A stretch of DNA of 64,000 nt, taken from the NCBI GenBank assembly GCA_013239625.1, contig MU053758.1, forward strand, positions 2,480,001-2,544,000, read 5' to 3'. Both the position numbers and the translations under genes were made by a program. The notes beneath the pieces were generated by a model, which did no database searches, was not told where the DNA came from, and was given only the letters and a program-made list of their open reading frames with translations. This document shows positions 1 to 25,806 of this stretch, piece by piece. The first letter of the stretch is position 1; every line of letters begins with the position of its first letter. This stretch comes from Lama guanicoe (Eukaryota).

Positions 1-1383
1 GCTTCCTTTCCTATCTGGCCAGGGGTGGGAACAGAGACCACTCTGGGAGTTCCTGGGAGGCTGCCAGCTCATGGCCATTGGCTCAGGCCAGAACCCTGGT
101 GGCTTGTCCCACCAGCCTTTCCCCCGGCTTCTGGAGGCAGGGGGTCTCACTTATTACCCCCTAGGATCTGATGTTAGGCTCCAAGTTGCTGGGAGACCAG
201 GACCCCTGGTCTTAGACCTCGAAGTCAGCCACTGTGCTGTCCCCCTGAACCTGCACGTAGTCTGGGAGGTAGAGTGGGGACCAGCAGGAATCCCAGGCAG
301 CTCAGGCACCTGTGGACCTGCGTCTCTGGGGGTGCCCTCCTCCCACCTCCCCCGGCACACCCTCCTGGGCAAGACGCACCAGGTGACTCATCTTCTCACC
401 GGAGCAGAAAAACGGGTTCAACTGGGCACTTTAATCTCCCCCCTGCTGGCAGGCATGTTGCCAGCTGCTGCCCAGAGTGCCCCCTTACCAAGGGTAGTTT
501 GCCCCCCTTACAGTATCCCTGGGCTTCGTGGTCTCAGAGACACCCGGCCAGGGTCCCGGTGGGCCAGGGGGCAGTTCATCTTGATGCCCCTTGGCTGATG
601 GCTGGCACTGGGCAGGTACACAGGACTGACGTAGTGCCCTTGTGGCAAGAGTTTCTGCCAGCTGGTTCTGGAGTCTTGCCCTGAGGAGGTGGCAAGGATG
701 AGGTACCAGCGTAGGAGTAGGCACCACTCTGGCCCAGCACCTGCAGCCCTGGTCCGGATGCTTAGAGTTGTGGTCTAATGCTTCTTTTCTCTGCCTGGGG
801 GAATTCCAGAGTCCCTGCAGTGACCAGGCCCCTGGGGGTCCCCATGCCCCAGCTATGACTCCAGCTGACCCTCTCCCCACTTTCTGGGTGGCATTGAGGG
901 GGTAGGTATCCCTTGCCAGGAAGTTGGCATGTGGGCGGCATTGGAATAGGGTAGGGAGAATGCCCTGAGTTTGTTTGCCTGGGAGACGGGCAGGGGGTAT
1001 CCAGAGGATTCATGATTCATCCTTGCCTCTCTTGGGGGATTTTTACCCGTTGGCCCTGAGTCGTGCCTTTGGGACAAAGGAAAGCTTTCTTTGCCAGTCA
1101 GCACCCTGGATCTGGCAGGCAAGCTCCCTAGGACTGGCACAGTGGAGGCCCCCTCAGGATAAGCAGGCTGAGCCAGGTCAGGGGAGGCTCTCCCCAATTT
1201 CCTTCCTCTTTCCAAACCTGCAGACTTTGCTTTTTTTTACTGTTACACATTCTGCAGGTACAAGGGACATGGGAGGAGGGGTCCTTGCATTGTGCTTTCT
1301 TGCTGTCTGAGATGGCGTGACTCTGGGGGAGTGAGTGGCAGAAGTGGCCAGGTTGGAGAAGTTCACTGGGCAGTGCCCTCTGA

Positions 1384-17614
<16,231 letters not shown>

Positions 17615-18272
17615 GCCAAAAGGCCAGGTCTGCTGAGACTCTGCTGAACCCTCAGGGTGTGTGGAAGGCCTGACTTCTGGCCCGTGTCGGGGACGAGGCA
17701 GGGAGAGGGCCCTTGGACCACATCCAGGGGAGCCTGCCATGCCAGGAGTCTTCCTTCCTACTCCAATTCCTGGGTGGCTGAGAGTGGTTCAGCCTGGTTG
17801 GAAGAGGGGGCAGCACTGGGAGTCTTGATTAACTTTGGAGCCCTGCCTGCCCCAGCAAACTCTAGGGCCCAATGGATGCCACAGCCACAGTCTCCTTCTC
17901 TGAGGGAGCAGCTCAGCCTGATTGTCGTCTTCCAGATCCTTGGCACTGAAGGACTTAGGGGAGCTGGGCCCAGGAGGGGACGAGGCCCCACGGCGGGTGT
18001 CTAGGAGCCAGAGCAACCCATTTGGAGACTGTCCTGAGACTGCTGCCCCTGGGAAGAAGGGAGCAGCAGCAGCGCCCAGATCCAGCCCTTGTACAGAGTG
18101 CTTTTTTGGTTTTGTTTTTACTTATTTTTTTTGTTTGTTTTTTTTAAGATGAAATAAGGACCCGGTGGAGAGTGGGTACTATGGAAGGGGGGAATCCCTG
18201 GGGTTGAGGGAGGGATGTCCCTTCTCCGTACCCACTTTCTCCATTTGCAAATATATTTTAGAAAACAGCTGG
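17615..18272 (+). other. ERBB2: ERBB2 3' UTR with U-rich element (18102-18145); 3' end approximate
   Basis: Follows TGA at 17612-17614; long T-rich tract; ends in CCATTTGCAAATATATTTTAGAAAACAGCT, which resembles the end of the human mRNA as I recall it. Confidence 0.75.
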
Positions 18273-18797
18273 GCACCAGCCTATATCTGGGGGTGGCTCT
18301 AAGCCGTCCCATTACTGCTTACCTCCTAACTTACATTTAATTAATTCATCTTTCCTGGAGGGATTGGCTAAGAATCTTCAGGAAGCTTGAATAAGGAGCC
18401 TACTTCCAGTTTCCTGGCTTTTGGGTTGGGGGGAAACTCAAGAGTTGGGATTCCGTTCTGAGAGCCCTTTGATGACCAGATCATTCTTCCTTAGAAAAAA
18501 TGAACTTCTAACACCACCCATGAAAATGGGGGTAATTTCTTCCCTGTGGGTAGGGGGAGTTGGGGAATGATAGAGGAAAGACGAGGCAGCACCTACTGTG
18601 TGACTCATTTTCCTTGCCTTGGCTATGAGAGAAGAGATCATTGAACTAGAGGTAGCTATCCAGAAAAAGCCCACCCAGCCAGCACAGTCACAGTGGTATA
18701 AAGGCTAGGCTGGCCTCTGTACCCCTCTCCCCTTGCCCCACAGTGCCAGACTGGACAAAAAAACACACAAGAGTAGGCACAGTGTTTGTAGTGCCAC

Positions 18798-18803
18798 TTT
18801 ATT
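18798..18803 (-). terminator. MIEN1: MIEN1 polyadenylation signal AATAAA
   Basis: TTTATT on + strand ~350 nt past the MIEN1 stop, followed on the minus strand by a GT/T-rich tract (complement of AAAAAAACACACAA near 18756-18770). Confidence 0.8.
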
Positions 18804-19152
18804 GCCAATAGCTGACATTGCCTGGGGCCAGTGGAAAATAAATTAGAATTATGGTAACATCTGACAGGTATGGCTAAGCTGGAGAGGGCAGCAGGCTTTT
18901 GTGGGCACAGATCCTGGGAAAGGGGTATAAGGTGACTGTGGAAATGTCCATGGAGAGGGTCTCTCTTCCACCCCCAAGACCACAGAAGCATCTATTCCTT
19001 CCTAGTACCCAAAGGGGTGAAGTGGAGGCCAGGGCCTCTTAGCTACCAGGAGCTAAGTGAGGTGAAACATGCAGTGGGGAGCCCTCAGCAGGACCAAAGA
19101 GGCACCAAGACTTGGATCCCATAAGAAAGCAGAAACCCAGAATCACGTGTAG

Positions 19153-20139
19153 TCACAGGATGACGCAGGGAGGGCGGCTATTGGTGATCTTTTCTAGGGG
19201 TTCTCCGTTACTGGCTCTTCGGATCGCCTCAATGAGCTGAAGGGCAGAGACAGGGAAAGGGGCGATGCATTCGTTGTAGGGACAGAGTGAACCAGGGGTC
19301 TTCCCAGCATTGCAAGTACTCACATCTTTCTCATAAGGAAAGCCTCCATTCTCCAGCTTAGAGAACACCAGTTGTCCATTGATCTCGATCTCAAAGGCCC
19401 CTGGTATTAAATAAACCGATGAGTGAACTGTGTACTGAGAACAGGCAAAAGTCAGGGGAGGCCCTCCAAAGGGGGGCCCTCCCCACTCCTTAGTCCTAAC
19501 ACAGCCTCCCTGTCGCTCATGGGCCCCATCAGAGACTCCAAGCCATTTCCCAACCCTGGGTCAAGCCAAAGGAACCTAAGGAAGGCATCACCTGTGTGTC
19601 CTTCCTTTGAACAGCCTCATAACTCAAAAAAGGGCTCCCTCCCCTCCAACCCTACACTTCAGTCTCACCTGTTTTTCCCGACAGGCTTCATCTGTGAACC
19701 CCCTTAACTATGGAAGGGGACTCAAGTTGGCTGGACATTTTACTGCATGCCAGACTGCTGGACACTATATAAAGCAGCCAATGCCAGAGCTAGAAAGTGG
19801 TAGAGTTGGGATTTATAACACTGACTCAGCAGGTGTTCTGCGGCCTCACCTGTGCCCCCTAGGCGCGACTCGATCTCAATGCCAGGATACTGCTCCTTCA
19901 CGGCACTCGCCAGCTCCAGGTAGGTCGCCTCGAAGCCGCAGGGTTCACTAGGGAGAAGATACCTGGAGTCCGCCTGGGTTTCCGCGAAGGTGCCTCCGGT
20001 AGACCCACCCTCGTCCAGCCCGGATCCCGCCACTGGCCGGAGCCGCTCACCAGTACTCAACAACGATGCGGACCCCACTGCCCGGTTCGATCTCCCCAGG
20101 AGGGGGCGCTACGGACGTCGGTCCGGTCTCCCCACTCAT
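19153..20139 (-). CDS. MIEN1: Migration and invasion enhancer 1 (C17orf37/Rdx12), 115 aa, thioredoxin-like Rdx family with CxxC and C-terminal CaaX
   Basis: Minus-strand exons 20139-20051, 19947-19850, 19400-19324, 19236-19153 (348 nt, GT-AG). [115 protein letters not shown]. Confidence 0.98.
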
Positions 20140-20390
20140 TGCTGTCGGCTCCCCACAGCCGCCGCTTCCGGGTGTGACGTGTCACGCCGCGGGCACGTGA
20201 CGGGGCGGGGCAGCGCGTTACGTCCGGGCGTTCCTGCAGACGCAGACGGCGGCGGCGGCGGCTGTGTTTTTACCGTTCCTCGGCTCGAGGGCTGGGGTTG
20301 GGCGGATGGTTCCAGAGCACTATCCCTGGCCTGGGATATCTCAGAGCGCCGGACTCGCTCCGCACCCGGTGTCGGCTGGAGTTCACGGTC
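19840..20390 (-). promoter_or_regulatory. MIEN1: MIEN1 CpG-island promoter
   Basis: CpG-dense; ETS site (CCGGAAGCGG on - strand, ~20162-20171), TGACGT half-CRE (~20175), E-box CACGTG 20194-20199, GC box GGGCGGGG 20203-20210, all just upstream of the ATG at 20139. Confidence 0.8.
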
Positions 20391-20539
20391 ATATTTAATC
20401 TAGTGAAATGTCTTAGACTGCAAAGCGCTTTCCAGTTTACAGAAGGGAGAGAGAGTGAGGCAAGCAGACCCAGGGCCTGGGGTTGGCTGATGGTATGGAA
20501 CAGTTGCCATTTCTCGCTAACATGCTGATGGCATTTTAT

Positions 20540-20639
20540 TTTATTTATGTTTTATTTCTTTAATGGAGGCAGTGGGGATTGAACCTAGGGCCTCATGCAT
20601 GCTAAGCGTGGGCTCTACCACTGAGCTATACCCATCTGT
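20540..20639 (-). mobile_element. tRNA-derived SINE (Vic-1-like)
   Basis: SINE head; degenerate TSD CTGATGGCATTTTA / CTGATGACGTTTTA. Confidence 0.85.
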
Positions 20640-21788
20640 CTGATGACGTTTTAAACTACTCCATAGCTATACATACAGGTGCTTCTGACCCTTAAACTCT
20701 AAACTGTAGACACAGAGCTGCCACTCCTCTGCATTAGGGAATCTTAGTCTTTGAGACTCCCCTTCCTCAAGCTCTGTGCTGCCATCAGGTGCACCCAGTT
20801 CCTGCACCTCATCCTAGCCTCGCTACAGAACTGGCTTCTTTATTCCCATTTTGCAACTCTGGAAATGGAGGCTGTCTCCCTGCCTTTTCTCTCTCTAGAG
20901 TCCCACTATAGTATCCTAATAGGTTACTCACTCTAGCATCCCTCTAAACCATTCTGTTTTAAACAAGTCAGTGATTTATAGAGTTGTGCAACCATCACTA
21001 CAACCCAGTTACAGAACATTTCCATCAACTTAAAAAAGTCCTACCCGTGTCTTTGCAGTCACTCCAGCTCCCAGCTCCAGCCCTAAGCAACCACTGATCT
21101 GCTCTCTGTCTATAAATTTGCCTTTGCTGGATATTTCGCATATATGGAATGATATATGACGTGGTCTTTTGCTTCTGGCTCCTTTCACTCCGTTTAAAGT
21201 ATTTGAGATTCATCCTTGCTGTCGCTTGTACCAGTAGTTTGTTCCTTTTTGTTGCTGAGAAATATCCCATTGTATGGATGTATTGTTTTGTTTATCTATC
21301 CAATACTAGTTGATGGACATTTGAGTTTCTCATTTGGGGCTTTTTAAATAATGCTGCTATGAATGTTCATGTAAGTGTCTTTGTATGTACGTGTGTTTTC
21401 ATTTCTCTTGGATAGATTCCTACGAGTGGCATTGCTAGGTTGTATGGTAAGTTTACGCTTAACTTTTTGAGAAACTGCCAAAGTGTTTTTCAAAGTGACT
21501 GTACCATTTTGCACTCCTACCAACAATACATGATGGTTTGTTTCCCCATTTCCTTGTCAAAACCTGCTATGTGTCTTTTTCATTATAACCATCCTGATGG
21601 GTGTGAGGTGGTATATAATTGTGGCTTTAATTTGCATTTCTTTAACGACTAATGATGTTGAACACCTTTTCATGTGCTTATGAGCCATTCATATATCTTA
21701 TTTGGAAAAACATCTATTCAAATCTTTTGCTCATTTTTAATTGGATTATTTGTCTCTTCAGTATTGATTTGTAAGAGTTCTTTATATA

Positions 21789-22011
21789 CAGTTGGCCCTT
21801 AAACAACACAGGTTTGAACTCCACAGGTCCACTTATATGTGAATTTTTAAAAATAAATATATAATACAGTACTACATGATCCAAGGTTGGTTGAATCCGA
21901 CGACGTGAAACCGTGGATATAGGGGGAGGGGCTGAATGTAAAGTTATACTGGGGGTTTTCAACCACTTGGGGGTTGGCACCCCTAACTCCTGCATTGTCA
22001 AGGGTCAGTTG
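21789..22011. mobile_element. Tigger2/MER8-type MITE inserted in L1
   Basis: TIRs CAGTTGGCCCTTAAACAACAC / TTGTCAAGGGTCAGTTG; removal restores the L1 motif GAGTTCTTTATATA-TTCTGGATAC. Confidence 0.85.
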
Positions 22012-22085
22012 TGTTCTGGATACAAATTCCCTAATTAGATATATATTTGCAAATATTTTCCTCCAGTCTTTCACAAGTTTGTTTT

Positions 22086-22242
22086 GTTTTGAGTGGGGGT
22101 GGGGTAGGTAATTAGGTTTATTTATTTATTTATACTTTTTACTTGATTATTATTATTATTTTTAACGGAAGTACTGGGGATTGAGCCCAGGACCTTGTGC
22201 ATGCTAAGTATGCATTCTACCGCTGAGCTACACCCTTCCCCC
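22086..22242 (-). mobile_element. tRNA-derived SINE (Vic-1-like) nested in L1
   Basis: Head plus GGTAATTAGGTTTATTTATTT tail motif shared with the other copies. Confidence 0.85.
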
Positions 22243-22995
22243 GAAAAGTTGTGTTTTTTTTTAATTTTCTTAATGATGTCATCTGAAGCACAAAAGTTTT
22301 TAATTTTGGTGAAGTATAATTCATCAGTTTTTTCTTTTGTCATTTGTGCTTTTGTTGTTATATCTGAAATCTCTGCCTAACCCAAGGTTATGAAAGATTT
22401 TCTCCCGAAGTTTCTTCCAGAAGTTTTATAGTTTTAGCTCTTACATTTAGGTCTCTGATCTATTTTGAGTTAATTGTACATTGTGGGAGGTAAGGACCTA
22501 AATTCATCTTTTGGCATGTGGATATTCAGTTGTCCCAGAACTATTTATCAAAAAGACTGTCATTTCCCCTGTTGAATTGTGCTGGCACCCATGTCAAAAA
22601 TCAATTGACCAGAAATCTAAGGGTTTGTACTTGGATTCTTGATTCTGTTCCACTGATCTATAAATCTATTCATTTTTTTATTTGAAAAAATTTAGGGTCT
22701 TTTTCATGTCTCCATTTTTAAATTTAATCATTTGTTTATTTTAGATAAGACTTCTTTCATCACAATCACTGACACCCTTTACTGATGGTTGAGGCTAACA
22801 TGTTCTCCGTGAGTTCCAAGCTTGAGTATTTTCTTTTTTTTTTTTCTTAAAAATTTTTTTTTCACTTTTCTCTCAAGGATTTTATTTTTTTCCGTATGAA
22901 GTTTCTATTCTTTTTTGTTATTGTTGTTGTTTCTCTTTTAAGAAACTCAGATACAATTTATACACAGTAATACACATTCTCTTGAGTGTATCTTT

Positions 22996-23181
22996 TACAA
23001 TTTTTTTCTTTATATTTTCTAGGTGACTTTTTTTTTTTTAAGTTTTTTTTCGGAGGGTGGGGAATTAGGTTTATCTATCTACCTACCTATTTATTTATTT
23101 ATTGGAAGCAGTACTGGGGATTGAACCCAGGTCTTTGTGCTTGCTAAGCATGCGCTGTACCACTTGAGCTATACCCTCCCC
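22996..23181 (-). mobile_element. tRNA-derived SINE (Vic-1-like) nested in L1
   Basis: TSD TGAGT(G/A)TATCTTT at 22983-22995 and 23182-23194. Confidence 0.85.
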
Positions 23182-23545
23182 TGAGTATATCTTTCTGTGA
23201 GTCCTGACACACACCGTTGTACAGACACCACCATGACCAGGATACACAACAACTCCATTGCCTCCTCACAAGCTCCTCTGCTGTCAGCCTCTCTCCCACC
23301 TCTCCAACCCCAGATCTGCTTTCTGTCCTTATAATTCTGCCCCCTCCAAAAAGTCATATAAATGGAATCCTATAGCCCTCAGCCCTCTGTCTGGCTTCCC
23401 TCTCCAACCTATCCTTCAACATCCAGAGTGATCTTTCCAAAATATAAACCTGTCTGCTCCTCTGTGCCTTTACTTAAGCCTAGATGGACCCCGCAGGGTC
23501 TGGCCTCTGCCCCTAGTTTCTGCTGGTCTGGACAGACAGGATGGA

Positions 23546-23720
23546 TGGCTCTTAAACCCGGTTTACAGAAAACCACCTGAGGGCTTGTCAATACCACACA
23601 TTCCTGGGTCTTGGCCCCAGAGACCAAGATTCAGTACTTGAAGGGCCCAGGGATCTGTTTTTCAGACAAGCCTGGGGAAATCTGGAGGCCTGCTCATAAG
23701 CCACACTTTTAGAAACGCAA
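23546..23720. mobile_element. MER5-like hAT element
   Basis: GGCTCTTAAACC...CACCTGAGGGCTTGT...GGCCCAGGGATCTGTTTTT...CCACACTTTTAGAAAC. Confidence 0.6.
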
Positions 23721-23899
23721 CTGGCAACTGAGTACAAAGCCTTTCCCCACACCTTCCACACCTGCTCAGCGGCACCTGTGTGGCCTCTTTTCCTTCCTTC
23801 TCCACCCCAGCTCTGCCTCTGCATGCTCTGTCCCCTTTTGCCAAGGGCTTTGGCCCTTGTTCCATCGTCATGAAAGGTGTCCCCTCCCATTCCCACCCA

Positions 23900-24195
23900 C
23901 CAATCCCAATCTCTTCCCTTCCACAGACAATGTCCCCTCTGCTCAATTGTCATTTCCATGGAGAAGTCTCCCCTAACTCCCTGGGTAAGTCATTCTCCCA
24001 GCATAGTTGTCACCTGTCATTTCTCATTATTTGTGTGATTCTTTGATTAACATCAGCCTCCCTGATTGGGCAGCATGAAGATAAGGGTGGAGTCTGTTTT
24101 GTGGGTCCCTGTATCCCCAATGTCAAGCATGGGGTTGGGATATAGTAGGTACTTAACAAACATTAGTTGAGTGAATGAAGGAATGATTGAGTGAA
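23900..24195. mobile_element. L2 3' end
   Basis: TCTGTTTTGT..CCTGTATCCCCAATGTC..TAGTAGGTACTTAACAAACATTAGTTGAGTGAATGAA. Confidence 0.65.
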
Positions 24196-24739
24196 TTGTC
24201 AACCATGTTTTGCACAAGATGTTCTGTGGCCCAGGTGACCTTGCCCCCTCTCCCACTTCTCTGCTTAGTCCACTCATACTGGTTTTTCCAAGGAAAACCC
24301 AGTTTGGAGAAAGTTGATCCTGAAGCCACTCCTCCATGGTCCCCCAGGGCAGACCTCTTATCACCCTTATGAATTGTTTGTTTACTCAACTGTCACCCAC
24401 TTGGACTGGGAGGTGGCTGCTGCCTTTGATCTCAGCCTTCCAGGCCCTCTCTCCACTCTTGTGTTTGCCTAGTGCTGAAGGAGAGTGCTAAGGGGAGTCC
24501 CTTGGCACCTGGCCAGAGCTTTCCCCAAATCTCTTCTCGCACCATGAGACCTTGCCTAACCCCTTCAATTTCAGAAGGAGAAGCTGAGACCCTGGACTTT
24601 GCTTAGAAGGGAAGATATATGCTGGTATCCTCTGGGGGGCCAGGGTGCATCCTGGGTGGCCAACCCATGGCTGGAGGTCAAGGGGCAGGACATGTTGCTG
24701 GCCACCCCTCTGGCTGGCTTCCCTCTTTCTAAGAGTGTC

Positions 24740-25085
24740 CTTTGCCCCGATTGGTAGGACCCAGAGCCGCAGACAGGCCCCCTAAATTGGCCAATGAACA
24801 GACCAGGTTTAGGGAGGGCAACGGGGAAGAGTGGACGGGGCTGTTTCCAGGCCCAGGCCCCTGACCTTCCAGTCCCCAGCACCTCCCTCCCAGGTTGTGA
24901 GGACTCTAGATCTTTGCTCTTGAGGTTGTTCAGTTCGATTGTCTTTCCCCTGGCACCTACTGCCAGGCTAAGAAGGACAAAAACAATCCTAGGCAGCGCA
25001 GAGTGTCAGGGAGTCCCCGCCCCTCCTCCTGTGCTTCCTCCTCTCAGGCCCCTCCCCCAGGCCCCGCCCCCACCTGCCCAACATC
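24740..25085 (+). promoter_or_regulatory. GRB7: GRB7 proximal promoter
   Basis: ATTGG at ~24750, palindromic ATTGGCCAAT 24786-24795, GC box GGCCCCGCCCC ~25060-25070, directly before the non-coding first exon. Confidence 0.6.
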
Positions 25086-25280
25086 ATTTGTTTCCTTGGG
25101 CCAGGAACCTGGACAACAGGGCTCAGCCTCCCCCTACTTCTACGACCAAAGTCGGGACACCCTCCCACCACCTGTAGAGAAGAGGGAGAGGATTTGAAGT
25201 CAAGTCCACGAATCTGAGGTCCCTAGACAGTACCAGACTTTGGACCCTGTGTCCTACTACTTCTGCTGGGGCTCCTCCAG
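25086..25280 (+). other. GRB7: GRB7 non-coding exon 1 (5' start approximate); spliced to exon 2 acceptor at 29281
   Basis: Ends in strong donor CCAG|GTAAGG; sequence GTCGGGACACCCTCC...GCTGGGGCTCCTCCAG joined to GACAAGGGCAC at 29281 matches my recollection of the human GRB7 5' UTR. Confidence 0.75.
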
Positions 25281-25756
25281 GTAAGGGAACTGAGATCGGT
25301 CCCAGGCGACAACCTGCTCCCACCCCCAGCCGCACCAGGGCCCCAGGCTGCGCCCGTCTCAGGGCCAGGAGCAGGCTGGCTGGCTGCCCAGGTAGGCGGA
25401 CGGGCAGCTGCCTGGCTCCCCCTCCCCTTCCCCCTTCAGTGATGTCAGGCCAAGGGCGGGGACAGAAGGGGGACAGGTAGTTAAGGGCTTGGCGTCTTCC
25501 TCCCTAAACCGGTGGCCCCAGCCAGGTGTACCAACGCCTAGGGTCCAGGTAAGGACCAAAGCAGGCACTTTATCTTGGGGGTGGGTACCGGCAGATCTGT
25601 CAATATGGAATGATTCGGCATCACTTTCTCTTTTCCTCCAGTCTCCCATCCCGTCCCTTCTTCACCATCTGCCCTCAGTCTCCCTAATTCTCATTTCCTG
25701 TCCTCTCCATTCCTTCTGTCCCTCTCTGCACCCACCCCAGCCCCCACCCTGCCCCA

Positions 25757-25806
25757 ACACACACAGACACACAGACACACAGACACACACACACACACAA
25801 ACACAC
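25757..25806. repeat. Imperfect (CA)n/(CAGACA)n repeat
   Basis: ACACACACAGACACACAGACACACAGACACACAC... Confidence 0.85.

Larger units (their letters stand above)
20960..22671 (-). mobile_element. Degenerate L1 (3' UTR and end of ORF2), antisense
   Basis: Motifs TTGTGCAACCATCAC, GTTGATGGACATTTG, TTTGCATTTCTTTAACGACTAATGATGTTGAACA, TTTTATAGTTTTAGCTCTTACATTTAGGTCT; ORF fragments resemble decayed L1 ORF2. Confidence 0.85.

Noticed and set aside
71..1310. ORFs at the window start as ERBB2 exon 1 or a separate gene
   Set aside because: No signal-peptide-like MELAA.. sequence or CpG island; this is the 3' part of ERBB2 intron 1.
19850..20060. MIEN1 as a selenoprotein (Rdx/SelW-like family)
   Set aside because: Both CxxC positions are Cys codons (TG|T across the intron, and TGC); no in-frame TGA and no SECIS recognised.
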